Source: an uncultured Anaerostipes sp. (GTDB lineage Bacteria; Bacillota; Clostridia; Lachnospirales; Lachnospiraceae). Taken from it: 59,679 bases of DNA. The notes beneath the pieces were generated by a model. That model was not told the DNA's origin. It did no database searches and worked only from the letters and a program-made list of their open reading frames with translations. This document shows positions 50,588 to 59,679 of this stretch, piece after piece (the first letter of the stretch is position 1; every line of letters begins with the position of its first letter). The stretch covers positions 1-59,679 of the forward strand of contig CAAEIR010000387.1 in assembly GCA_900756035.1 (NCBI GenBank). Reading direction: 5' to 3'. Position numbers and translations under genes: made by a program.

Positions 50588-50902
50588 ATGAGTGCTTTAC
50601 ATATTACAAAAGAAAATTTTGATCAGGAGGTTTTAAATTCCGATCAGCCGGTATTAATTGATTTTTGGGCAAGCTGGTGCGGGCCGTGTCAGATGCTTCT
50701 GCCGGTTGTTGAGGAACTTGCCGGAGAAGGGGAACATGCAACAATCTGCAAAATTAATGTAGATGAGCAGCCGGAACTTGCACAGCAGTTTCAGGTTATG
50801 ACGATTCCGACACTGGTAGTAATGAACGGAGGGAAAGTCCTGAACCGCTCTGTCGGTGTAAAACCAAAAGAAGAAATTTTAAAAATGCTAGAGAACATTT
50901 AA
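50588..50902 (+). CDS. trxA: Thioredoxin
   Basis: WCGPC. Confidence 0.95.
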   Translation: MSALHITKENFDQEVLNSDQPVLIDFWASWCGPCQMLLPVVEELAGEGEHATICKINVDEQPELAQQFQVMTIPTLVVMNGGKVLNRSVGVKPKEEILKMLENI

Positions 50903-50914
50903 AATAGCATATTC

Positions 50915-51589
50915 TTAAAGAAGGGCTTGGAGTTTTTTTCGGTCGGCAATCGATACACTGCCGCGGGAGAGAACGACAAGCCCTTCTTTTGCGAAATACT
51001 TTAACATTCTGGAAACTACTTCTCTGGCAGAGCCAAGTTCTTTGGCAATCTGCTCATGAGTCATGGAAACAGAAGGTTCTCCGATGCGCAGAGTTTCATC
51101 TAACAAAAAGGCAGCCAGACGTTTGTCGAAACTGGTAAATAAAATCTGCTGCATGGTCCACATAACGTCAGAAAATCGCTCTGTGGCAAGTTTATAGGTA
51201 AAAAGTTCGGCATAGACATTGTGTTTTGTCAGCTTAGAGAGCGTGGCAGGGGCAATCTGCAGAACGGAACAATCAGCCGCTGACTCCATAGAAACTTCAA
51301 AATCAATCGTACTTAAGACACAGGAGGCTGATAAAATGCAGATATCTCCGTGTTCCATTCGGTATAAGGTTACTTCGCGCCCTTCTTCTGATAAGATGGA
51401 AACACGGATAGTGCCTGATTGAATCAGAAGCATTCCCATACATTCGCTGTGGGCGCTGTGGATCAGGGAGCCCTTAGAGAAGTTTAGCTTCGTTGTATGA
51501 GACAGTACATCTTCTTGCTCTTCTTTGGAAAGATTGTTCCAGAAGGGTAATGTATGGTAAATGAATTCATAGTCTTTTTCGTTTAGCAT
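50915..51589 (-). CDS. Crp/Fnr-family regulator
   Basis: GREVTLY, ICILSASC, THEQIAKELGSAREVVSR. Confidence 0.92.
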   Translation of the reverse strand: MLNEKDYEFIYHTLPFWNNLSKEEQEDVLSHTTKLNFSKGSLIHSAHSECMGMLLIQSGTIRVSILSEEGREVTLYRMEHGDICILSASCVLSTIDFEVSMESAADCSVLQIAPATLSKLTKHNVYAELFTYKLATERFSDVMWTMQQILFTSFDKRLAAFLLDETLRIGEPSVSMTHEQIAKELGSAREVVSRMLKYFAKEGLVVLSRGSVSIADRKKLQALL

Positions 51590-51617
51590 AGCGGTTTCCT
51601 TTCTTTAAAAATTTCCT

Positions 51618-51658
51618 TAAGTATACCTTATCGGAGGTCGTCCGTCCAGTGCGAAGCA
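51618..51658 (-). repeat. 41-bp dispersed repeat copy 2, containing a promoter-like TGGACG-N17-TATACT
   Basis: 38/41 identical to 1566-1606. Confidence 0.8.
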
Positions 51659-51841
51659 CTATGTAATTACGAGTGCTCCAGAGAGTTTTTTATCCTTCGA
51701 ATGATAACAGAAGTTTGGATATAAGAAAAAATTATAATAGGTTATAGGAATCTGGTCTTGAACCCCCGGTGGACACTGAAAAAGGAACATGATAAAATTT
51801 AACTTAGATAATATTCAGATATACAATGAGGAGAAACGGAA

Positions 51842-52729
51842 ATGAAAATATCAGAAATTTTAAAAGAAAAAGCAACAGTTTCCTTTGAGGTGTTTCCGCC
51901 GAAAAATAAAGAGGGAGATATTTCTTCTATTTATCATACAATCGAAGAACTGGCAAAACTAAGTCCTGATTTTATTAGTGTTACCTACGGGGCGGGAGGG
52001 TCTACCAAAGGAAAAACAGTAGAAATTGCATCGGCAATTAAGCATCAGTATGGCATTGAATCCGTAGCACATTTAAGTTGTATTTCCTCTTCAAAAGAGG
52101 ATATTTTGCGAGAATGTCAACGGCTGAAAGAGGAAGGAATCGATAATATTCTGGCACTTCGCGGAGATTATCCGGCAGATGCCGGAAATTTTGATCCGGA
52201 AAATCTGGAATTTCATTTTGCCAGTGAGTTAAATGAGTTTATCGAAACAAATTTTCCGGGGCAATTTTGTCTTTCCGGTGCATGTTATCCGGAAACCCAT
52301 CAGGAAGCCGATGGATTTAAGAAAGATCTGGAGGCGCTGAAAAAGAAGGTCAATGCAGGAGCACAATATTTAGTGACACAGATTTTCTTTGATAACGACT
52401 ATTATTACCGACTGGTAAGAGAAGCAAGAAGAATTGGGATTACAGTACCGATTCTGGCAGGAATTATGCCAATTACCAATGCAAAATCGCTAATCCGGAC
52501 AACGAAAATGTGCGGATGTACCATTCCGTATCAGTTATCGACAATGATTGAGGCTTATTATGACAATCCTGCGGCAATGAAAGAAATCGGAATTAATTAT
52601 GCTGCCCAGCAGATAATTGATCTTATTACAAACGGAGTGGATGGCATTCATATTTATACGATGAACCGACCGGAAATTGCCCAGAGTATTTTTCAGAGTA
52701 TTCCGACAGTGTTAAGGAAATTAAATTAA
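51842..52729 (+). CDS. metF: 5,10-methylenetetrahydrofolate reductase
   Basis: SFEVFPPK, SVTYGAGG, LALRGD, TQIFF, HIYTMN. Confidence 0.94.
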   Translation: MKISEILKEKATVSFEVFPPKNKEGDISSIYHTIEELAKLSPDFISVTYGAGGSTKGKTVEIASAIKHQYGIESVAHLSCISSSKEDILRECQRLKEEGIDNILALRGDYPADAGNFDPENLEFHFASELNEFIETNFPGQFCLSGACYPETHQEADGFKKDLEALKKKVNAGAQYLVTQIFFDNDYYYRLVREARRIGITVPILAGIMPITNAKSLIRTTKMCGCTIPYQLSTMIEAYYDNPAAMKEIGINYAAQQIIDLITNGVDGIHIYTMNRPEIAQSIFQSIPTVLRKLN

Positions 52730-52731
52730 AA

Positions 52732-53382
52732 ATGATCAGAGAAATGGCATTAAAGTATTTAGGATATGGTGAACATACATTACCGGAAGATATGGAGAAA
52801 CTGCTGGATACATGTATCAAAGAAGTTAAAAAGGTCTCACAGCCCAGAGTAACTGTGAAACAATTTCGTCTTGCCAAAGAACCACTCAGAATTGATGAAA
52901 CAGGAGATGCAATTTTAGGAAAACAGATGGAAGAGTTGTTAAAAGACTGTCCGGAGTGTCTGCTGATCGGATGCACCCTGGGACTTGAGCTGGAACGAAA
53001 ACTAAAATTTTATGCAAAGATTGATATGACAAAGGCCGCTGTTATGGATGCTGTGGCGAGTGCCTGGCTGGAAGAATTTTGTGATGAGTATGAGAGTGGG
53101 TTAGGGTATCCGGCGAGGACTTACCGTGCTTGTCCGGGATATGGTGATTTCCCGTTGGAGTTTAATAGAACGATTGCTTCGCTCCTTGATATTTCCAGAA
53201 AAATAGGTGTTACAATCACAGCATCGAATTTATTGATTCCCCAGAAATCCATGCTTGGAGTGATCGGGATCGGAGACCGTGGGAGAGGGAAATCATGTGG
53301 AAATTGTGTTATGAGAGAGGACTGCCCATTTAGAAAGAGAGGACAACGATGTTACGAGATCGAATCGGAAAAGATTTGCTGA
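52732..53382 (+). CDS. B12-dependent methionine synthase activation domain (stand-alone)
   Basis: CTLG, PGYGDFPL, LIPQKS, CxxC...CPFRK. Confidence 0.82.
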   Translation: MIREMALKYLGYGEHTLPEDMEKLLDTCIKEVKKVSQPRVTVKQFRLAKEPLRIDETGDAILGKQMEELLKDCPECLLIGCTLGLELERKLKFYAKIDMTKAAVMDAVASAWLEEFCDEYESGLGYPARTYRACPGYGDFPLEFNRTIASLLDISRKIGVTITASNLLIPQKSMLGVIGIGDRGRGKSCGNCVMREDCPFRKRGQRCYEIESEKIC

Positions 53383-55706
53383 TATTTGATGGAGCGATGG
53401 GAACCCAGCTTCAGAATGCGGGACTTAAGGCAGGGGATATCCCTGAAGAATTGAGTATAGAACAGCCGGAACTGTTACGAGGGATTCATAAGAAGTATCT
53501 GGATGCAGGAGCCCATTTTATCACGACAAATACGTTTGGGTGTAATCGGCTTAAAATGGCAGATGCAAAGTATCCGGCGCAGGAGATGCTGCTTTCTGCG
53601 GTGAAAAATGCAAGACAGGCGAGAGCGGAAGCGGGAAGAGAAGAAGATGCCTATGTTGTATTGGATATTGGGCCGATCGGACAGCTTTTAGAACCTATGG
53701 GGACGCTGACGTTCGATGAAGCTTATGATATTATTTTGGAACAGATTATTCCGGTAAAAGATCAGGTGGATGCTGTTCTGTTTGAAACTATGAGTGATCT
53801 TTACGAAGTAAAGGCAGGGGTTTTGGCAGTCAAGGAACATACGGATCTTCCGGTTTTTGTGACCATGACCTTCGAGCAAAATGGACGGACATTGTCCGGA
53901 AATGATCCTGAAACTTTCGTAAATGTAGCGGAAGGACTTGGAGCAGATGTTGTGGGGGTTAATTGTTCTCTGGGACCAGAGGAGTTAAAACCTATTATTC
54001 AGGAAATTTTGGAGACTGCATCTGTTCCGGTGATGCTTCAGCCTAATGCAGGGCTTCCATGTCTGGAACATGGTGAGACGCATTATCATGTAACTCCTGA
54101 GGAGTATGTGGAGGCTATGAAAGATTATATGGAACAGGGTGCTGCCATTGTCGGAGGGTGCTGTGGAACGACACCGGAGTTTATAGAAAAACTTTCAAAA
54201 GCCGCACCGGAAACTGTGGCAGAGCGTAAGGTTTTGAAGAAGACAAGAGTCTCCAGTCAGACGCAGACCGTTACTTTTGGAAATCGTGTCATAGTCTGTG
54301 GTGAGCGGTTAAATCCTACCGGAAAGAAAAAAATGAAACAGGCGCTTATTGAAGAGCGGTATGATGAATTGGTAGTTGAGGCTGTGAGGCAGGAAGAGGC
54401 AGGTGCACAGGTATTAGATGTGAATGTGGGACTGCCGGGCATTGATGAGCCTGAAACGATGAAACGGGTGATCCGCCTGCTTCAGGAAGTTATTACATTG
54501 CCTCTTCAGATTGACAGTTCCAATGCAGAAGCCATTGAAAAAGCATGCAGATATTATAATGGAAAGCCTTTGATTAACTCGGTTAACGGAAAAGATGAAG
54601 TTATGGAAGCAGTATTTCCGATTGTGAGGAAATATGGAGGCGTGGTAATTGGTCTGACATTGGATGAGGGAATTCCGTTAAAGGCAGAAGAACGGTTTGA
54701 AATTGCAAAAAAAATCATCAAAAAAGCAGAACAGTATGGAATAGGAAAAGAAGATATTATTATTGACTGTCTGACGCTCACTGCATCTGCGCAGCAAAAA
54801 GAAGTCCGCGAAACTCTGCGTGCTATGAAAATGGTAAAAGAACTCGGGGTTCATACGGTTCTTGGGGTATCGAATGTTTCCTTTGGACTTCCGAACCGTC
54901 CGCTGTTAAACAGAACCTTTTTAACACTTGCTATGGAGGCCGGGTTAGATCTTCCGATTATCAATCCGTTGGATACAGAATTAATGGGAACTATTGATGC
55001 ATTTCATGTGCTGTTTTATAAAGATGTGGATAGCCAGAATTATATCAAAAGTCAGTCGAAAGAAACAGCAAGCCCATCACGGGTGCAGGAATCAACTTTT
55101 ACATTGAGAGATATTATCATTCATGGACTAAAGGATGAAGTAAAGCAGGCAACCGCAGAGGAGCTTTCAAAGAGAGAGCCGCTAGAAGTCATAAATCAAG
55201 TAATTATTCCAGCACTCAATGAGGTAGGAAAGGATTATGAAACCGGAAAGATTTTTCTTCCGCAGTTGATTCAGTCGGCAGAAACGACCAAGAAAGCATT
55301 TGAAGTTGTGAAAGAATCCTTTGCAACCAATGATGGAGAAGAAAAGGGACCAATTTTAATGGCAACTGTGGAAGGAGATATCCATGACATCGGGAAAAAT
55401 ATTGTAAAAGTTGTTATGGAAAGCTACGGATACCGTGTAATTGATCTTGGAAAAGATGTAAAAGTGGAAAAGGTTGTAGAGGCATGGAAAAAATATAGAC
55501 CAAAGGCGATTGGTTTGAGTGCATTGATGACGACAACGGTGGTTTCTATGGAACGGACGATTCAGGCATTAAAGAAGGAAGGATGCAATGCCCCGATTTG
55601 GGTTGGAGGTGCGGTGCTTACGGAAGACATCGCTAAAAATATAGGTGCAGATTACTATGCAGAAGATGCGATGGCATCGGTAACATTATTGGAAAAGGTG
55701 CTGTAG
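53349..55706 (+). CDS. metH: B12-dependent methionine synthase (Hcy-, pterin- and B12-binding domains)
   Basis: DGAMGT, GVNCS, GGCCGT, GERLNPTG, GDIHDIGKN, SALMTTT. Confidence 0.92.
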   Translation: MLRDRIGKDLLIFDGAMGTQLQNAGLKAGDIPEELSIEQPELLRGIHKKYLDAGAHFITTNTFGCNRLKMADAKYPAQEMLLSAVKNARQARAEAGREEDAYVVLDIGPIGQLLEPMGTLTFDEAYDIILEQIIPVKDQVDAVLFETMSDLYEVKAGVLAVKEHTDLPVFVTMTFEQNGRTLSGNDPETFVNVAEGLGADVVGVNCSLGPEELKPIIQEILETASVPVMLQPNAGLPCLEHGETHYHVTPEEYVEAMKDYMEQGAAIVGGCCGTTPEFIEKLSKAAPETVAERKVLKKTRVSSQTQTVTFGNRVIVCGERLNPTGKKKMKQALIEERYDELVVEAVRQEEAGAQVLDVNVGLPGIDEPETMKRVIRLLQEVITLPLQIDSSNAEAIEKACRYYNGKPLINSVNGKDEVMEAVFPIVRKYGGVVIGLTLDEGIPLKAEERFEIAKKIIKKAEQYGIGKEDIIIDCLTLTASAQQKEVRETLRAMKMVKELGVHTVLGVSNVSFGLPNRPLLNRTFLTLAMEAGLDLPIINPLDTELMGTIDAFHVLFYKDVDSQNYIKSQSKETASPSRVQESTFTLRDIIIHGLKDEVKQATAEELSKREPLEVINQVIIPALNEVGKDYETGKIFLPQLIQSAETTKKAFEVVKESFATNDGEEKGPILMATVEGDIHDIGKNIVKVVMESYGYRVIDLGKDVKVEKVVEAWKKYRPKAIGLSALMTTTVVSMERTIQALKKEGCNAPIWVGGAVLTEDIAKNIGADYYAEDAMASVTLLEKVL

Positions 55707-55755
55707 CAGCATTAAAGCACGCTGTGGGGTAAAAACAAGAAATTTTTGAATTTTA

Positions 55756-55800
55756 AATGAGAAGAACTGTGTAATATCAGTTTTTCTCATTTTTTTGTTT
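55756..55800 (+). terminator. Intrinsic terminator
   Basis: AATGAGAAGAACTG/CAGTTTTTCTCATT with T tract. Confidence 0.75.
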
Positions 55801-56165
55801 TGTCCTAAAATAATCTTTGTTTCAAAGAAAAATCAAAAATTAAAGAAAAAATCAATAGAATAAATAAGAAATAGGCTTTGGAAATGATAAAATATTCACG
55901 AAATCTATTGAAAAATGAGAATTGATAGAAAAAACAATAAAAAGAAAAGGATGATTTTGGATAGGTTTTTTAAAGCCTTTGTAAAAGTTGCACAAAAAAC
56001 AGGTAATTTCTTTGAAAAACAGAATAAAAATCTGTGAAATAGAAACAAAATTTTTGAAATCAACAAAATATGATTGACTAAAAGATGACGATGTACTAAA
56101 ATAAAGACATAACAAAGAAATACTTGCAGAAAGCAAGGGTATGGGAGAAGAAAAGGAGAAAAATT

Positions 56166-57266
56166 ATGCATGCTTTAAAACGTTTTGGAACAGCTTTTGG
56201 TGGTTACAAGATGATGGAGAATTATCCGGAGCCGACTTGCGGACCAGAGGATATTATTATCGAAATCAAGGCGGCAGCTATCTGTGGAGCTGATATGAAA
56301 CACTGGGGAGTTGACAACGGATATGATGACACAAATATTACACCAGATCAGCAGCAGTCAGTAAGAGGACATGAATTTGCAGGAGAAATCGTGGAAGTCG
56401 GATCTGAAGTAAAAGACTGGAAAGTCGGACAGAGAGTAGTATCTGATAACAGCGCTCATGTCTGCGGTGTATGCCCGGCATGTGAGCAGGGGGATTTCTT
56501 ATGCTGTGAAGAAAAAGTAAACTTAGGATTAGACAACAATACATGGGGCGGAGGATTTTCAAAATACTGTAAAGTTCCGGGAGAAATTTTAAGAATTCAT
56601 AAACATGCGATCTGGGAGATTCCTGAAAGTGTAAGTTACGAAGAAGCATGTGTTATGGATCCGATCTGCAACTCTTATAAAGCGGTAGTACAGCAGGCTC
56701 ACTTGATGCCGGGACAGGATGTGGTTGTATTTGGAACAGGCCCGATCGGATTATTTGCTGTACAGGCAGCACGTTTAATGGGTGCGGTAAACATCGTTAT
56801 GGTTGGTCTGGAAGAAGATGTGGAGACAAGATTCCCGATTGCCATGGAAGTCGGAGCAACACATTGTGTGAACGGATCTAAAGAAGATGTTGTAGCAAGA
56901 TGTACAGAAATCTGCGGAAGAGATAACTTAGGATTGGTTATTGAATGTTCCGGAGCAAATATCGCATTAAAACAGGCAATTGAAATGACAAGACCAAACG
57001 CCGAGATTGTTCGTGCAGGTATGGGATTCAAACCTCTTGAATTCTCTATCAATGACATTACATCATGGAACAAGAGTATCATCGGACATATGGCATATGA
57101 TTCTACTACATGGAGAAACTGCTTAAGACTGTTAGAATCCGGACAGATTCAGGTAAAACCAATGATTACACATCGTCTTGGATTATCCGAGTGGGAAAAA
57201 GGCTTTGATTTAATGGCGAAAAAACAGGCTGTAAAAGTTATCTTCCATTATGACTATGAAGACTAG
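56166..57266 (+). CDS. ydjL: Zn-dependent dehydrogenase, YdjL ortholog
   Basis: RFGTAFGGYKM, ICGADMKH, LGLDNNTWGGGFSKY, GHMAYDST match recalled E. coli YdjL; AAAGGAG RBS. Confidence 0.85.
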   Translation: MHALKRFGTAFGGYKMMENYPEPTCGPEDIIIEIKAAAICGADMKHWGVDNGYDDTNITPDQQQSVRGHEFAGEIVEVGSEVKDWKVGQRVVSDNSAHVCGVCPACEQGDFLCCEEKVNLGLDNNTWGGGFSKYCKVPGEILRIHKHAIWEIPESVSYEEACVMDPICNSYKAVVQQAHLMPGQDVVVFGTGPIGLFAVQAARLMGAVNIVMVGLEEDVETRFPIAMEVGATHCVNGSKEDVVARCTEICGRDNLGLVIECSGANIALKQAIEMTRPNAEIVRAGMGFKPLEFSINDITSWNKSIIGHMAYDSTTWRNCLRLLESGQIQVKPMITHRLGLSEWEKGFDLMAKKQAVKVIFHYDYED

Positions 57267-57293
57267 GCGATTGAAATAAAGGGGAAAAATCAA

Positions 57294-57983
57294 ATGAAAA
57301 GAAGATTAATGATTGCGCCATCTATGGGATGCTGTGATTTGTTTGATATGGAACGTCAGGTTCGTATCATTGATGAAAAATCAGATTTTTTACATATGGA
57401 TATCAAAGATGGTGTTTATGTTCCAAGTTTTGGAATCGGACCGGAGTTCTTAGCAGCCTTGAAAGATAAGGTAACGACACCGATGGATGCTCATTTAATG
57501 ATTAAGCATCCGCAACAGTATCTGGAAACTTTTGCGCAGGCAGGGGCGGCTTATATTACGCCCCATACAGACTGCATTGAAGGAGATGCTTTTGTAACAA
57601 TTAATAAGATTAAAGAGCTTGGATGCAAGGCGGGAATCGCACTAAATCCGTCAGTTCCGCTTGAGACCATTGAGTATTATCTGCCGCTTCTTGATAAAGT
57701 TACGATTATGATTGTGGATGCGGGAATTTCAGGTCAGAAGGTCATTGAACAGACGTATGATAAGATTCGCAGACTGGTTTGTTTAAGAGAGGAAAAAGGA
57801 CTTCATTTCCTGATAGAAGCAGATGGATCTATGAATCGTGATGTATACCGTCCGTTGTATGAAGCAGGGGCAGACATGGTGGTTTTAGGACCTCCGGCTT
57901 TGTGGAACAAAGCAGATGATTTTGAAGAAGCATGGAACATCATGGAAAACGAACTGGAAAATGAATTGAGAGATATTATATAG
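57294..57983 (+). CDS. Ribulose-phosphate 3-epimerase family (allulose-6-P 3-epimerase-like)
   Basis: IAPSM, HMDIKDG, DAHLM, IEADGS. Confidence 0.85.
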   Translation: MKRRLMIAPSMGCCDLFDMERQVRIIDEKSDFLHMDIKDGVYVPSFGIGPEFLAALKDKVTTPMDAHLMIKHPQQYLETFAQAGAAYITPHTDCIEGDAFVTINKIKELGCKAGIALNPSVPLETIEYYLPLLDKVTIMIVDAGISGQKVIEQTYDKIRRLVCLREEKGLHFLIEADGSMNRDVYRPLYEAGADMVVLGPPALWNKADDFEEAWNIMENELENELRDII

Positions 57984-58014
57984 ACGTAGTCTTATATGAA
58001 GAAAGGGAAAACAA

Positions 58015-59388
58015 ATGTCAAATAGAACAAGCGCAAATATCGGAGCCAGGCTTGATCGCCTGCCGAATTCAAGCTGGCATGTGAAAATGTGGCTGATTAC
58101 AGCATTTGCATTATTAGTATGCTGGTCAAACGGTATCGGAGGAGCGGTACAAAATATTCTGTTAAATGAGATTCACTGGTTAGAACCGGGATCAAGTCTT
58201 CTGGCAATGTGGGGAACGACCTACACGGCAGGTCAGTTATTCGGAGCATTGATTGGCGGTCCGATCGGTGACAAGATTGGTCGTAAGAAGAGCATCTTAT
58301 TATATGAAGTAATTCACATTGTTGCAATGATCGGTGGAGCTGCCGCACCAAATGTATATGTGTTGTATGTATTCCGTTTGATTCAGGGATTTGGACTGGG
58401 GGCATTGCTGGTAGTATTATTTGCAGGGTTTACAGAGTATGTACCTGGAAGAAACCGAGGTACATGGTCCAGCCGAAATTCTTTCATCGGAAACTGGGCA
58501 CATCCGATTTGTAACGGTATCGCACTTTTAATTGTGTCTACAGGAATCAGCATGAATATGAACTGGAGAGTACAGTATATCATTCCTTCTGTATTATCTA
58601 TCGTTGCATGTATCTTTATTTACACAAAGTTTCCGGAATCACCAAGATGGCTGGAAGCACAGGGAAGAGTGGATGAAGCAGATGAAATTTTAACAAACAT
58701 TGAAAAAGAAATTGAAGCGGCAACCGGAAAACCTCTTCCGGAAGTAACCGAAGAGCCAAAGGCAGTAAAACAACTTCCGTATTCTGCATTGTTCAAAGGA
58801 AAATTATTAAGAAGAACTATCGTAGGATCGCTGGTATTAATCGGTATGAATACGATTCAATACACTTTAATGAACTGGATGCCTTCTATGTTATCTTCTT
58901 TGGGCTATGATACTTCACAGTCTCAGTTTATGACGATGTTCGGTCTGTTCGGAGCACCTTTTGGAATCTTTATTGCATCTTTGATTATGGATAAGTTTCC
59001 TCGAAGAGTCATGGGTGTGGCACTCCTTGTACTGATGGCAGCTCTCGGAATTGTGACAGGACAACAGACAACGATGAATGGACTGATCTTATGGACATTC
59101 CTGTTAAACACTGTCATTTACATGTATGTATGTTACGCATCTGCCGTATATGTACCGGAAATGTGGCCGACGTCTGCAAAACTGTCCGGTTCCGGATTCA
59201 GTAATGCTATGGGTCGTGTCAGCAATATCTTCTTCCCATTCCTTGTAACTTATGTTGCAAACAGTGTAGGAGCAGGCGGAGTTTTCATATTGATTTCCAT
59301 TGTGGCGGGAATTATTGCTGTCAGTATCCTGATCTTTGGTGTAGAGACCAGAGGAGAGTCTGTAGAGGATATCGGAAACATTGATTAA
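58015..59388 (+). CDS. ydjK: MFS sugar transporter, YdjK-like
   Basis: GARLDRLP, LLVCWSN, FAGFTEY.PGRNRGTWSSR, PESPRWL. Confidence 0.8.
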   Translation: MSNRTSANIGARLDRLPNSSWHVKMWLITAFALLVCWSNGIGGAVQNILLNEIHWLEPGSSLLAMWGTTYTAGQLFGALIGGPIGDKIGRKKSILLYEVIHIVAMIGGAAAPNVYVLYVFRLIQGFGLGALLVVLFAGFTEYVPGRNRGTWSSRNSFIGNWAHPICNGIALLIVSTGISMNMNWRVQYIIPSVLSIVACIFIYTKFPESPRWLEAQGRVDEADEILTNIEKEIEAATGKPLPEVTEEPKAVKQLPYSALFKGKLLRRTIVGSLVLIGMNTIQYTLMNWMPSMLSSLGYDTSQSQFMTMFGLFGAPFGIFIASLIMDKFPRRVMGVALLVLMAALGIVTGQQTTMNGLILWTFLLNTVIYMYVCYASAVYVPEMWPTSAKLSGSGFSNAMGRVSNIFFPFLVTYVANSVGAGGVFILISIVAGIIAVSILIFGVETRGESVEDIGNID

Positions 59389-59462
59389 ATAGTAGCAATA
59401 GAATATAGAATATTCCGGTATCTCTGATGGGGTACCGGGATCTAAAATGAGGAGGTTTCCCA

Positions 59463-59679
59463 ATGAAAAATTCAGAAGCAATTCTGGTAACACCAAAACA
59501 GTTTGAGATTTTAGAATGCCCGATTCCGGAACCAAAAGAAAATGAAATTTTAATGAAAGTAGAATATGTGGGAATGTGTGGATCTGATATCCACGGATTC
59601 GAATTCGGACCATTTATCCCTCCGAAAGATCCAAATCAGAAGATCGGTCTTGGACATGAAGTGGCAGGGGGGGGTGTGA
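59463..59679 (+). CDS. ydjJ: Zn-dependent dehydrogenase, YdjJ-like (5' part, truncated by window end)
   Basis: GAGGAGG RBS; MKNSEAIL...VEYVGMCGSDIHGFEFGPFIPPKDPNQKIGLGHE; absent from ORF track because no stop codon is reached. Confidence 0.8.
   Translation, partial: MKNSEAILVTPKQFEILECPIPEPKENEILMKVEYVGMCGSDIHGFEFGPFIPPKDPNQKIGLGHEVAGGGV

Noticed and set aside
52732..55706. Split methionine synthase as a novelty or frameshift
   Set aside because: A separate activation domain is a common clostridial arrangement; both ORFs are intact.
59667..59679. G8 tract at the window end as a phase-variation site
   Set aside because: It lies at the extreme end of the sequence and is more likely a contig-end or poly-G sequencing artefact.
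1..59679. Many 60-170 aa ORFs antisense to or overlapping real genes; CRISPR, prophage, tRNA/rRNA
   Set aside because: Shadow ORFs lack RBS or motifs; no spaced repeat array, phage genes or structural RNA consensus was seen.

Overview
Low-GC (~40%) Clostridia chromosome segment; gene content suggests a spore-forming Lachnospiraceae, possibly Anaerostipes-like (inference). It is mostly housekeeping and carbohydrate genes. No CRISPR array, prophage, intact IS, rRNA or tRNA was seen. In order: a 3D-domain protein and nucleotidyltransferase; xylA-II/xylB with a PRD regulator; a divergent class II aldolase and mannose-family PTS/dehydrogenase/FGGY kinase/HPr operon; nadABC; a TPP riboswitch with thiC and an NSS transporter; a LacI-controlled operon (lone EIIC, KguE-like, PfkB kinase, HPS-like, PHI-like); a VanRS-like two-component system and CBS-PPase; TM1266-hydG-Nudix; GGDEF/EAL, queF, pgm, a CotS-like gene, rubrerythrin, pdp, ftsH, trx/Crp; metF with split methionine synthase; and the start of an E. 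coli ydj-like operon. Best candidates for undescribed biology: (1) a possible reductase-free 2-keto-sugar-acid pathway built from RuMP-like enzymes and an EIIC-only transporter; (2) an unrecognised attenuator leader with tandem CTGAAGCCAAG repeats upstream of TM1266-hydG; (3) a PTS operon with an HPr lacking Ser46; (4) a 41-bp promoter module repeated 50 kb apart; (5) a ydj cluster with an extra epimerase. All functional calls come from recalled motifs; no searches were run.
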